A stretch of DNA of 64,000 bases from a virus (IMGVR_UViG_3300005613_000005:27213-91212); one strand, 5' to 3'; shown: positions 52,945 through 62,290, counted from the stretch's first letter. A program made the numbers and translations. The notes: generated from the letters alone by a model not told the origin.

Positions 52945-53020
52945 GGCGGGATAGAGCAGTGGTCAGCTCACAGGTCTCATAAGCCTGGCGTCGGTGGTTC
53001 GAATCCACCTCCCGCTACCA
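52945..53020 (+). tRNA. tRNA-Met(CAT) (elongator-type, or Ile-lysidine)
   Basis: loop ctCATaa; lacks initiator hallmarks. Confidence 0.7.
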
Positions 53021-53051
53021 AATTATCCATTTTTACAAGTATAATTAAAAA

Positions 53052-53423
53052 ATGAAAAAACAGATTATCTTTCAGGACGACTACGACGAGTTCAAGCTCA
53101 ATTTTTGGAGCAACGGTAAAGTAACCACCGTAATAAACTCCTCTGTTTTCAGCTCTCGCTTTTTTTACTTTCTTTTAAATCCCTTCTTGATATTACGATG
53201 GAAACTAAACGACGGTAAGGTTTTTATCCAATATTCGTTAGCAACCCGCGTAATATTTAAGGTATGGTCTATCTTGAACAAAGAGTTCAAGGAAGAATGG
53301 TTAGGTTGGAAAGAAATAAGCCAATGGATGGAAGTCGATGATCCAACTACTCATGACATCAAGAAAGCTTATGACGAGTATGCGAACGATACTATAGAAC
53401 AGCAGATACTGGACGTACGATGA
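53052..53423 (+). CDS. hypothetical protein
   Basis: 123 aa. Confidence 0.5.
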   Translation: MKKQIIFQDDYDEFKLNFWSNGKVTTVINSSVFSSRFFYFLLNPFLILRWKLNDGKVFIQYSLATRVIFKVWSILNKEFKEEWLGWKEISQWMEVDDPTTHDIKKAYDEYANDTIEQQILDVR

Positions 53424-53623
53424 AGAAATCGATAGGGCAATACATATTCATAGACCCAGAAGATCTACCTGATTCACAACACCTTAAAACTACCATAGAT
53501 CGCCTAGAAAAAGACATAGAAGTGTTCCAGCGCCTGAAGAACGACAAGTGGCCGATCGAACATCTCAGGTCGGTTCTGAGCTACCTTAAACTACTGGTCC
53601 AAAAACAGAAGGAGAGAAGATGA
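53420..53623 (+). CDS. hypothetical protein
   Basis: 67 aa. Confidence 0.45.
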   Translation: MKKSIGQYIFIDPEDLPDSQHLKTTIDRLEKDIEVFQRLKNDKWPIEHLRSVLSYLKLLVQKQKERR

Positions 53624-53826
53624 TGGGACGATTACTGTGCTTGATTGGTTTTCACGCTTATGTCCCAGACAAAAAGTACGGCGACGGCTGGGAGATATGC
53701 GCTCGCTGTTCGCAGCGACGTCTGGTTATACGGTGTATGTGGTACGATGACTATAAGAAACTCCCTGACGATGTTAAGGCTAAGGGTAATTTCGTAGGTT
53801 TACCTGACGAATCGGAGGATGTATGA
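53620..53826 (+). CDS. Cys-rich small protein
   Basis: 68 aa. Confidence 0.45.
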   Translation: MMGRLLCLIGFHAYVPDKKYGDGWEICARCSQRRLVIRCMWYDDYKKLPDDVKAKGNFVGLPDESEDV

Positions 53827-54266
53827 AAAAGAAAGCTATCATAGTTGACCTGGACGGAACCTTGTGCAACACCAAGCATCGCAACCATATACTGGAAACA
53901 AATCCCGGCAACTGGGACAAGTTCAACGAGGGTATCCCGTTTGATATCCCCAACCCGTGGTGCATGGAAATAGTAGAGAACTTCGCGAAAGAAGGGTATC
54001 ACATCCTTTTCGTCACCGGCAGAAACTCCAACACACACGACGCTACGGAGCAATGGTTAAGAACTTACCTGAACCCGACCGTCCAATGGGACCTGCACAT
54101 GAGACCCGACCACAACTACATCGCAGATACCATAATTAAAACAAACATCTATTTCACTAAGATACTGCCATTCTACGACGTGGTGTTCTGCGTCGACGAC
54201 AAACGTTCCATATGCGATCTGTGGAGAAGTTTAGGACTAGTAGCCCTTCACTGCGAAGATTACTGA
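53823..54266 (+). CDS. HAD-superfamily phosphatase (polynucleotide 3'-phosphatase / nucleotidase-like)
   Basis: motif I IIVDLDGTL (DxDGT); FVTGR; C-terminal CVDDK. Confidence 0.6.
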   Translation: MKKKAIIVDLDGTLCNTKHRNHILETNPGNWDKFNEGIPFDIPNPWCMEIVENFAKEGYHILFVTGRNSNTHDATEQWLRTYLNPTVQWDLHMRPDHNYIADTIIKTNIYFTKILPFYDVVFCVDDKRSICDLWRSLGLVALHCEDY

Positions 54267-55042
54267 TTCTCGGGGATTATATCTTCGCCCGACTCGTCGA
54301 TGATTATGTCGGGATCAAACTCTTCTTTCTTAGGTACTGTAACATCTATCTTGACTATCCCTTTACGGTTCGTACGCTTATATAAATCTTTGATCAGTTT
54401 CTTGAGTTCTTTTTCGTCGGGCGCATTCGACATCTTAGCTATCCTTGATCTTCGTAAGTTACCCCGCTTCTTGGGTTGAATTATGTTGTCGGCGATTCCC
54501 AACGACACTGCTTCACTCGCGGTTATGTAGACGTCACGCTGCAAGATGTCGTTCCAGAAACTTTCCGGCATATGTGAGTTCTCTGCGAATAGTTTGTCAA
54601 GCTTGCTTTGCAGGTCCTTAGTTGATTTAGCTTCGATCTGTACGTCGGTATGCTTACCCTCTATCTCGTCCAACCCGTCGTGCAACATTATCTCAGTGTT
54701 GGGATATAAGTTCCTTTCATCACATATCGCCATAAGCCAGGTCGCCGCTGATGCTATCTGTCCGCCGCCGAAAAACTTAACCTGACAAGGGCAAGACAGT
54801 ATGACGTCGACCAGACGCAGCATCGACGTGGCACTACCACCGCACGACTGTATATGTAACTCTATAGGTTTCTTAGGATTGTCTGATACTAATAGGTGGA
54901 TAGCTCGAACAGCTTTCTCAACGGTGTTCCAACTGAACTCTTCGTGTCCCTCATCGTTCAACACGCCAAAATATATGCGCCGCATCTTACGATCAAAGTT
55001 TCTCTCAAAAATCTCCTCGACACGGCTGTTTTTATCAGACAT
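54260..55042 (-). CDS. ClpP-like serine protease, third paralog
   Basis: start trimmed to M27 (MSDKNSRV) which has AGGAG + TGGTATAAT upstream; IELHIQSCGGSATSMLRLVDVI...TEIMLHDG. Confidence 0.55.
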   Translation of the reverse strand: MSDKNSRVEEIFERNFDRKMRRIYFGVLNDEGHEEFSWNTVEKAVRAIHLLVSDNPKKPIELHIQSCGGSATSMLRLVDVILSCPCQVKFFGGGQIASAATWLMAICDERNLYPNTEIMLHDGLDEIEGKHTDVQIEAKSTKDLQSKLDKLFAENSHMPESFWNDILQRDVYITASEAVSLGIADNIIQPKKRGNLRRSRIAKMSNAPDEKELKKLIKDLYKRTNRKGIVKIDVTVPKKEEFDPDIIIDESGEDIIPENQ

Positions 55043-55061
55043 CTTCACTCCTATTGATACT

Positions 55062-55070
55062 ATTATACCA
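55062..55070 (-). promoter_or_regulatory. extended -10 promoter (TGGTATAAT on minus strand)
   Basis: rc of 55062..55070 followed by AGGAG and ATG 55042. Confidence 0.4.
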
Positions 55071-55142
55071 CCGTGAACGTAGTATGCTATCGTGCGAGTT
55101 TCAATAACCGATTCGATCAATATTCAGAATTGAGGTGCATGT

Positions 55143-55397
55143 ATGAGCAAAGATACTAAAAAGAAAGTTGAAGAATATCTAGCAAAAGGCGGAAAGATAA
55201 CCAAATGTCCGTCAGAGCCAACACCGGAGAAAGAGATAACTATGAAGCCAAATCACTCTGGACTTGCTAACATAATGACTTTATTAGAAGGCGCTTTATA
55301 CTACGGTGAGCACGCTCGCAAGAAGAAAAAGAGGGATTTATCAAAGATCGATCTCAGTACTATACCTGAAAATCTAAAGAAAAAACTAGGAATATGA
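55143..55397 (+). CDS. hypothetical protein
   Basis: 84 aa; AACCGATTCGATCAA motif variant upstream. Confidence 0.45.
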   Translation: MSKDTKKKVEEYLAKGGKITKCPSEPTPEKEITMKPNHSGLANIMTLLEGALYYGEHARKKKKRDLSKIDLSTIPENLKKKLGI

Positions 55398-55485
55398 TTA
55401 GGATATCAGCACTTTTATATATAATAGACGAACAACGTCGGCAGATAAATATCTTGAAAAAGATCTTGAGGATCTGGAATCTGAC

Positions 55486-55677
55486 ATGCATTGTCTCAAA
55501 GAAGATATGAAAGAACAGGAAAATAATTATTGGGAAAACGAAGCCAATAACTTTGAAAGTCAATGCGACGACCTGCCAGACGACGTAGCGGAAAGGGACG
55601 ATGAGATACAGAGACTAGAAGAACGTATAGAGGAACTAGAAGAGGAGTTAGCAGATTACGTGCTACTGGCTGAATGA
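55486..55677 (+). CDS. acidic coiled-coil small protein
   Basis: 63 aa. Confidence 0.4.
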   Translation: MHCLKEDMKEQENNYWENEANNFESQCDDLPDDVAERDDEIQRLEERIEELEEELADYVLLAE

Positions 55678-56282
55678 AAACGTTTGCGAAGAAGTTTATG
55701 GGCTTTTATATGTTGTTTTTTAGTTAATATTTCTAAATTCCATGGTACATGCAAACCATATATACCCAGATGATTAAATTCACGTAAAGGTATTTTATGG
55801 TGAACAAATCTAGGAATACCATCAGATGATTCAAGTTGTTTTGCTTTTTTATAAATTTCTCTAATTTCTTCATCAAATCCAATTATTGATGAGGATATCT
55901 TAGCGGCTTGACGTTTTCGTACTTTATGTATATATTTTGCTGGATTCTTTTTATATTGTTCACGGCTTACAGCATTTATATGATTTTTGTTCGCGCTTTT
56001 CCATCTTTTATTGACGCTGTAATTATAACCAGGAAATTGTTTTCTGTGATATTGTTGTTGACATTTTTTATTGCAAAATTTTTTATATGGAACAAGAGAG
56101 TTAAGCTTTATGCTACAATTTAGACATGTACGATTTAATAAAAAATTATCTGTTAAAAGTAAATTACGCTCTAATCGTATACATTCTTTACACTTAGAAC
56201 GTACTCCAAATTTACCTGTTTTTTGTTTAGAAAAATACGATAGATTTTTTACTTTACTACATTTTTTGCATATTTTAACCAT
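55656..56282 (-). CDS. HNH homing endonuclease (distinct subfamily)
   Basis: N-terminal CKKCS...CKEC, CLNCS...CNKKC zinc fingers; C-terminal HHKIPLREF...NL..L....H..H. Confidence 0.65.
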   Translation of the reverse strand: MVKICKKCSKVKNLSYFSKQKTGKFGVRSKCKECIRLERNLLLTDNFLLNRTCLNCSIKLNSLVPYKKFCNKKCQQQYHRKQFPGYNYSVNKRWKSANKNHINAVSREQYKKNPAKYIHKVRKRQAAKISSSIIGFDEEIREIYKKAKQLESSDGIPRFVHHKIPLREFNHLGIYGLHVPWNLEILTKKQHIKAHKLLRKRFHSASST

Positions 56283-56303
56283 ATCACTATTATACTACAA
56301 TTT

Positions 56304-56320
56304 GAACCGATCCGATTAAT
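56304..56320 (+). promoter_or_regulatory. upstream motif GAACCGATCCGATTAAT
   Basis: 51 nt upstream of ATG 56355. Confidence 0.5.
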
Positions 56321-56354
56321 GATCGTGAGATTTCAATAATATAAAGGAGGAATA

Positions 56355-57503
56355 ATGAAACCAACTAAAATGTTCGATATCCTGGATCTTGCCTGGGAGG
56401 CCAGGATGAAAGACAGGGTTTTTAATCCCCTGTTCACAGGCGAAGCTGGACTTGGAAAATCTGCTATCGCTCAGCAATGGGTAGCTAAGATGCGCAAGAA
56501 ATACCCGGATTTCGTGTTTTTAGACCTGCGTATCGCTTACATGGAAGCGCCGGACATGATCGGTTTTCCGGAAGCGGACGTCGTCGGCGGTGTTAAGAGA
56601 ACCGTCCACAACATACCGGAGTTCTGGCCCGATGCCGAAGTTAATCCTGATCAAAAAGGGTTGATACTATTTGAAGAACCAAATCGCGGAACTACCGGCG
56701 TCATGAACTGTCTGATGCAGATATTGACTGATCGTAAAGTTCATAAACTCAAGATACCCGACGGTATCATGTTCGCGGCGTGCATCAACCCTGACTCAGC
56801 AGAGTACGATGTCAACCACATGGACGCGGCGCTGAAGAACAGGTTCGAAGAGTTCATAGTCGAGTACGATCATATGGCTTTCATGTCCTACATAGACAAG
56901 CAGAAATGGCACGACGATATCCAAAGGTTCGTCGGCAGTGGTACCTGGATCTATAAACCAACGAAAGAGATCAAGGAAAACGGTAAGTATATATCGCCAA
57001 GAACTTGGGAAAAAGTTGAAGCTGCTCTCGCAGCCGGAGTAAAAGAGGATCGCGGACTGCACAGGACGGTCATGGGCTCTATCCTTGGTAGGGACATCGG
57101 CAATGAGTTCCACAAGTTCTGCTACGAAGAAGCTCCTGTTACGGCTGAAGAACTGCTCGAGAACAAAGAAAAAGCATTGAAAAGATTAAAGAAACAATCT
57201 GACCCGAAACACTATAAAGGCGACATGATCGCCGTTACGGTAGAGTCGATATCAAACATGTATGGTGGTCTCCCAGATACTTGTCCAAAGGACAAGATAG
57301 ACGAGAATCTTATGGCTGAGGTCGCCAAGATAATTCCTTCTGATCAAGCGATCAACCTGTTGAAACAATGTGGTTTCAAACAAAAAGGTGTTAATATCTC
57401 CGCGTACTTCAAGGAGTTCACAAAACGTCATCCAGAACTGGTGACAGTACTGCGCGGTAACATAAAGATAGATCGTGCGCTTAACAAAAAAACAGATAAA
57501 TAA
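56355..57503 (+). CDS. MoxR-like AAA+ ATPase
   Basis: Walker A GEAGLGKS, Walker B LILFEE, sensor NRGTT, MoxR-type C-terminal region. Confidence 0.7.
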   Translation: MKPTKMFDILDLAWEARMKDRVFNPLFTGEAGLGKSAIAQQWVAKMRKKYPDFVFLDLRIAYMEAPDMIGFPEADVVGGVKRTVHNIPEFWPDAEVNPDQKGLILFEEPNRGTTGVMNCLMQILTDRKVHKLKIPDGIMFAACINPDSAEYDVNHMDAALKNRFEEFIVEYDHMAFMSYIDKQKWHDDIQRFVGSGTWIYKPTKEIKENGKYISPRTWEKVEAALAAGVKEDRGLHRTVMGSILGRDIGNEFHKFCYEEAPVTAEELLENKEKALKRLKKQSDPKHYKGDMIAVTVESISNMYGGLPDTCPKDKIDENLMAEVAKIIPSDQAINLLKQCGFKQKGVNISAYFKEFTKRHPELVTVLRGNIKIDRALNKKTDK

Positions 57504-57569
57504 GCACGATCACAAACTGCAGCGGTCTCACCTCCTTTGGCCGCTGCAGAACTTTAAATTGGAGTTGAT

Positions 57570-59051
57570 ATGGCAGATAAAAAGAGACGTATCAGGATTA
57601 CCAAAGAGTTATTGGACGATGAGTTCGTCGAAGTACACGAGCAAGAACAATGTCTTGCGACGACGTTGTACGAGACTACACGATCCCACCCGTTCATGGG
57701 AGCGATACTTCAGTGCTTAAACATAACGTACACTCACGTTCTCCCTACAGCTGGCGTTACGTTCAACGCAGATGCTAAACGCTGGGATCTTTGGATAAAC
57801 CCTAAGTTTTTTTGCCACAAGTTGAACGAAACCCGCGGCGCCAGCGGAAAAAAGATAGGCGATAAAGCAAGAAAAGCCGTTCTATTACATGAACTTTACC
57901 ATATAACAAACAAGCATCCAATGAGGGTGCCTTTCATAAAACTATCGCCGCAGAAACGGCAGCTCATGAACATAGCCGCTGACATGGCGATCAACCAGTT
58001 CATACAGCATCTTCCAAACGGATGTAGCCAATGCCCACCAAAAGAAGCTTTAATGATGGGAGCGGAATGTAAGAACAAGAACTGTTGCGGCAGCACCATA
58101 GACGTCAAAGATTACTATGACGAAGACGACAAGGGCAACAAAAAACCGTGGCCGGAAGGCGAGACCATGGAAAACTACTACGACCGGTTGCTCAGGAGAA
58201 TCCAAGAAGCTGAAGAAAGTGGATGCTGTCAGACCTGCGGCGGCGATGGCATGGAGAAAGACGAGAACGGCGAGAACACCGGCAAGGTTTGTCCTGACTG
58301 CAAGGGTTCGGGAAAAGGGAAAGGAATGCCTAGTACATTGGATTCTCATGACTGGGACGCGTCTGGGGACGAAAGAGATATGTTAGAAGCAACAGAGGAT
58401 CTCGTTAAACGTGCCATGATCAAACAAAGGATGTCCTACGACGACCTTCCAGGTTCCATGAAAGACCTACTAGAAGACATCAAAGCTAGAAAAGCAGAAT
58501 TAGATTATAGAGGTGAGATACTCGCTGCAATCAAGAAATCAGCCTCAGGCCACGAGCGCAAGCATACCTGGTCCAGGAAATCGCGAAGATTCGGCACAAA
58601 AGCTCCTGGAACTAAGGTCGGTGACCTACCAAAACTATCGTTTTACTTGGACACGTCGGGATCAATATCCATAGAAGAGCTTAACGAGTTTCTTGACATA
58701 GTTGATAATTTTCTCAGAGCTGGTTCCAGAAAATGTCACCTGAACATGTTCCATGCCTCTAACTATTTCAGCGAGGAGTACAAACTAGGACGCAGGATCA
58801 AGCGCGAGGAGATAGAGACGGGTGGAACTTGTCTGGAGAGTTCCATGCGCGACGTGTGCAAGCGACGCCCTGACCTGGCAATATTCGTCACGGACGGTTG
58901 CTACGGCGACATCGACATAACCGGTTGGCTACCGCCAGGCATGAACTTCCCGCAGTGCCTGTTCATAATCAGCAGGGAAGGGGATGCTAAACACCCGCTG
59001 GAACGGTTCGGGAAAACGATCAAGATACCAACTACCACCAACGTGAAATAA
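57570..59051 (+). CDS. VWA-domain protein with N-terminal putative metallopeptidase (HExxH) domain, MoxR partner
   Basis: LLHELYH (HExxH) in N-terminal domain; Cys-rich linker; VWA MIDAS DTSGS, TDG. Confidence 0.65.
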   Translation: MADKKRRIRITKELLDDEFVEVHEQEQCLATTLYETTRSHPFMGAILQCLNITYTHVLPTAGVTFNADAKRWDLWINPKFFCHKLNETRGASGKKIGDKARKAVLLHELYHITNKHPMRVPFIKLSPQKRQLMNIAADMAINQFIQHLPNGCSQCPPKEALMMGAECKNKNCCGSTIDVKDYYDEDDKGNKKPWPEGETMENYYDRLLRRIQEAEESGCCQTCGGDGMEKDENGENTGKVCPDCKGSGKGKGMPSTLDSHDWDASGDERDMLEATEDLVKRAMIKQRMSYDDLPGSMKDLLEDIKARKAELDYRGEILAAIKKSASGHERKHTWSRKSRRFGTKAPGTKVGDLPKLSFYLDTSGSISIEELNEFLDIVDNFLRAGSRKCHLNMFHASNYFSEEYKLGRRIKREEIETGGTCLESSMRDVCKRRPDLAIFVTDGCYGDIDITGWLPPGMNFPQCLFIISREGDAKHPLERFGKTIKIPTTTNVK

Positions 59052-59070
59052 GATCGATAAGTCATGTCTG

Positions 59071-59079
59071 TGGTATAAT
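59071..59079 (+). promoter_or_regulatory. extended -10 promoter TGGTATAAT
   Basis: 7 nt upstream of ATG 59086. Confidence 0.4.
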
Positions 59080-59085
59080 TTAAGT

Positions 59086-59625
59086 ATGGAACCATTAGAG
59101 AAGAAATGCCCTCGCTGCGGCAAAGCGTCCGCTAATCCCAACAATCCACAGGGACGATGTTCAGCTTGTTTAAAGAAATTACGTGAAAATAAAAAAAAAC
59201 CAGGACGGTACGAGCACGAACATAAATTAGCTGATGACGCTTTGAGACGCCAAGACGGCAAGACCAAGCAATCAAAAAAGAAAACGTCCGGAAGAGGGTC
59301 CAGGAAATCGATCATTAAGCAAGTTCGTCGCGCCTACAACGAGCACGGCAAAAACACTACGCTCTCGCCCGATCGCAAAGACAACTCGAAAGGTTACTCA
59401 GCGTCGAACACGAGGATGGTTCCCAAAAAATTAAACCGCGGGCGCCACAAGGTCAACCCTGAAAAGCTTAAGAACTGGCACAAACGACTTAAAAAATCAA
59501 GTTTATCACCTAAAAATTTACTCACTCTGATGAGAGCGTGGGCTTATAACCGCGGAGACGAAGAGCTCGCAAAAGCGCTGGAGATAAACGGTCTCGAGCT
59601 GATAAAAGCAATCATAAACATGTAG
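59086..59625 (+). CDS. basic zinc-ribbon protein
   Basis: CPRCG...CSAC; Lys/Arg-rich. Confidence 0.5.
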   Translation: MEPLEKKCPRCGKASANPNNPQGRCSACLKKLRENKKKPGRYEHEHKLADDALRRQDGKTKQSKKKTSGRGSRKSIIKQVRRAYNEHGKNTTLSPDRKDNSKGYSASNTRMVPKKLNRGRHKVNPEKLKNWHKRLKKSSLSPKNLLTLMRAWAYNRGDEELAKALEINGLELIKAIINM

Positions 59626-59648
59626 TATAATAAAATCTCAAATATAGA

Positions 59649-59737
59649 GGGCATGGCAGCAACGCTGGTCCCGTTAGCACCGAGTTGGTCGTAGACCACG
59701 ACCGTAAAAACGAACCTTCCTTGGAAAAACCATGCCC
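59649..59737 (+). other. long imperfect inverted repeat / possible structured RNA
   Basis: GGGCATGG...CCATGCCC closing ~75 nt with inner hairpin GGTCGT-agacc-ACGACC. Confidence 0.35.
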
Positions 59738-59741
59738 ACTT

Positions 59742-59760
59742 GAACCGATCCGATAATTAA
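59742..59760 (+). promoter_or_regulatory. upstream motif GAACCGATCCGATAATTAA
   Basis: follows structured element, precedes terminator-like hairpin and small ORF. Confidence 0.45.
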
Positions 59761-59791
59761 TCATAGAGATAACAGACCTCCTTGAGAAGCG

Positions 59792-59824
59792 CCGGAGGGT
59801 CCTTATACGGGCCTTCCGGTTTTT
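59792..59824 (+). terminator. rho-independent terminator
   Basis: CCGGAGGG..CCTTCCGG + TTTTT. Confidence 0.55.
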
Positions 59825-59836
59825 GATGGATGTAGA

Positions 59837-59998
59837 ATGAATATAAACATATTATTAATAATAATAGGTTTTATGATGACATTAATTGCTATCACATTAC
59901 ATTTTAAGAAAGAAGAACGTCGTATAGCAAATTATTGTAATATGACAAAAGTTGTTATCTTATTAGAAAAATTAAAAATTTTTTGTAAACGGAGTTAA
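59837..59998 (+). CDS. small membrane protein (tentative)
   Basis: 53-aa very AT-rich ORF with TM segment. Confidence 0.3.
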   Translation: MNINILLIIIGFMMTLIAITLHFKKEERRIANYCNMTKVVILLEKLKIFCKRS

Positions 59999-60000
59999 CG

Positions 60001-60225
60001 ATGCCCATACTTGACTTTCACGGTTTGACGGTTAAAGAAGCCAAACGCGTGGTAGAAAAACTAATAGACGACGCGAGATCGTGCGGCGCTACCTACGACT
60101 GCAAGTTCATAACTGGTCAAGGTCGGATCAAGAAAGCTCTGATCAAGTTACTTAAGAAAACTTATGGGTTCAAAGTCTACGAGCAAATATCGAACCCAGG
60201 TGTTATAAAAGTAGAGATCGAGTAG
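60001..60225 (+). CDS. Smr-domain protein
   Basis: LDFHGLTVKEA...ITGQG pattern of small MutS-related domain. Confidence 0.6.
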   Translation: MPILDFHGLTVKEAKRVVEKLIDDARSCGATYDCKFITGQGRIKKALIKLLKKTYGFKVYEQISNPGVIKVEIE

Positions 60226-60232
60226 GAGGTAA

Positions 60233-60865
60233 TTGATGGTCAATATTATAGTAGCAAGTTTTATAAGTTTTGTTCTTGGAATAATACTAACGTTGATTTT
60301 TGTCTACATCATGAGCATGAGACAATTGAAAAAACTGAAACAGGAAGCAGAAAAGATCGACAAAAAAATTAAAGAGACCATCAAGAAAGTTAAGAGTGAA
60401 GCTAATAACCTAATAGATCAACTGCACAACGTCAACACTAAGCAACAACAAATTTTAGAAACTCTGCATTCACCGAATCAGGGTGTTCTGCACGCCAAAC
60501 ACAAGGGAGAGTTGGTCGACGAATATCAGAAACTGGAGGTCGAAAAGATCAATATCCTGGAAGATATAGTCTACAACAAGAAGATAGACGAGACCGTCAA
60601 GATAAACGAAGACGGACAGATTAAAGAGATGAAACTATCTGAGTTTTTAAAAAGGATAAAAGAGGTCGCTGCTGCAAATAACCCACATTACTCCGGCTAC
60701 GATGAAGACAAACAGCTGAAAGAATTTATCAACAACCTTGAGAAATCTAAAAAGAAAGAGCCAGTGAGCAAAAACGGCGGTGTCAAAAGACACGGAAACT
60801 TTTTTGTCATAGACGGTGGTAAAGACAGTTTCGACGACGACAACGGCAGTGGAGGTAACGCATGA
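60233..60865 (+). CDS. membrane-anchored coiled-coil protein
   Basis: N-terminal TM, central coiled coil. Confidence 0.5.
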   Translation: MMVNIIVASFISFVLGIILTLIFVYIMSMRQLKKLKQEAEKIDKKIKETIKKVKSEANNLIDQLHNVNTKQQQILETLHSPNQGVLHAKHKGELVDEYQKLEVEKINILEDIVYNKKIDETVKINEDGQIKEMKLSEFLKRIKEVAAANNPHYSGYDEDKQLKEFINNLEKSKKKEPVSKNGGVKRHGNFFVIDGGKDSFDDDNGSGGNA

Positions 60866-61041
60866 TATATCTGATGTGTCTATGGTTATTTAGTTTAACA
60901 TTTTCATGCTACATATCAAAACAAAACAAACATAAAAATTGGTGGTTCGTTGGAGTTGTAATAGGTAATCTGGCGTTTGTCGCCACCATTGCCATGATGT
61001 GTGCCGCATTGATTATAGTGAGTAAATTTACAGGTAGTTGA
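60862..61041 (+). CDS. small membrane protein
   Basis: two TM segments. Confidence 0.35.
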   Translation: MIYLMCLWLFSLTFSCYISKQNKHKNWWFVGVVIGNLAFVATIAMMCAALIIVSKFTGS

Positions 61042-61042
61042 T

Positions 61043-61360
61043 ATGTCAAACACCATAACAGTTCCTAAATACGATCACGGAGATCGAGTCATAGTCAACG
61101 GGTACCACGGTGAGGTAACATCGTGGCAGTACAACCTAGACTATTACTACTATGAATATAAGATAGCATTCGACGTAGACGGACTAATAGGTGCAAACGG
61201 ATGGTTTCCAGAAGGTAGCTTAGAATCGCTCAGCAAAAACCGTCCGTGGACGAGAACTGTCCAGTATGCGGGACCAAATGGAAATGCACGATATCGCCGG
61301 TCGTCGGAGAAGTATGGAAAGATTGTCCAAAATGCAAGCAGACCAAAGAAAAAATTTTAG
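61043..61360 (+). CDS. hypothetical protein
   Basis: 105 aa. Confidence 0.45.
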   Translation: MSNTITVPKYDHGDRVIVNGYHGEVTSWQYNLDYYYYEYKIAFDVDGLIGANGWFPEGSLESLSKNRPWTRTVQYAGPNGNARYRRSSEKYGKIVQNASRPKKKF

Positions 61361-61369
61361 GAGGTTGAG

Positions 61370-61741
61370 ATGACCATTAAAGAGCTCTATAGAATACTAG
61401 AAACACACATTAAAACTAAACCAAAATACTGTCTAGAATCCATTAAAGTAAGGATACCGATAGCTAAACACAGCATCGGACCAAAGGCTTCAGTAGAAGT
61501 TACTAACGCCTGGTGCGGTTTTGACTGGAACTCTGACTCGTTCTTCGTAGCACCTGAAAAAGATCTGACACCGAAGTCAGAGAACGAGGAGATATGGGAC
61601 GATGCGCGTGAACTGTTGATGTTCATAGCGACTAAACCCGTTAAGAAAGTAACCTATGAAGTTAGACAAGCTCGAAGAATTTTTGAGAGACTAAATATAG
61701 ACTACATGCAATATCAAAGCATATTTCACAAGGAGGATTAG
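61370..61741 (+). CDS. hypothetical protein
   Basis: GGAGG SD. Confidence 0.45.
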   Translation: MTIKELYRILETHIKTKPKYCLESIKVRIPIAKHSIGPKASVEVTNAWCGFDWNSDSFFVAPEKDLTPKSENEEIWDDARELLMFIATKPVKKVTYEVRQARRIFERLNIDYMQYQSIFHKED

Positions 61742-62029
61742 ATGACTGATGTACAGAAACGTTTCGTTGAACTTGAGAAGAAAAAAGTTGAGATCAAGAA
61801 ATACTTCGATAACCTGATTGAAGCTACAGAAGCGGTAGCACAGGAAATCGGTATTGAGGGATCATTTCAGGACGAAGAGGGAACGGTCTATCAGATCGTG
61901 ATTCCCGAAGGTCGTTTCGTCAAGTTTGAGAAGATCGGCTATGTTCGCACTCGCAGGATCGACGAGAAAAAAGGTGATCTCTCTTTGACAAAAGCCAGAG
62001 AACTGGGTTACGTCGTAGAAGGTAAATGA
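61742..62029 (+). CDS. hypothetical protein
   Basis: 95 aa. Confidence 0.45.
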   Translation: MTDVQKRFVELEKKKVEIKKYFDNLIEATEAVAQEIGIEGSFQDEEGTVYQIVIPEGRFVKFEKIGYVRTRRIDEKKGDLSLTKARELGYVVEGK

Positions 62030-62289
62030 TGTCCAACATGCTGGAGAAAGATTGGTCCAAGCTGACCGACGCTGAACTGCAGTACGAGCTGGAACTATGC
62101 GAGCAAGTACTTCACGGCCACGAGTTCTTTGACGGTAAAGAGATGATAAAGATGGTCGGTCTTGAAGATTCTAACTATAAATTAAAAAACGGAAAAGACA
62201 TCTTCTTCAACGCCAGAAAAGTATGGAGGCAGAGGTTAGCGAACGCACAGCGTGAACTGTTAGAACGAAACTTATTAAAAGAGGATTAA
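62026..62289 (+). CDS. hypothetical protein
   Basis: 87 aa. Confidence 0.45.
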   Translation: MMSNMLEKDWSKLTDAELQYELELCEQVLHGHEFFDGKEMIKMVGLEDSNYKLKNGKDIFFNARKVWRQRLANAQRELLERNLLKED

Positions 62290-62290
62290 G

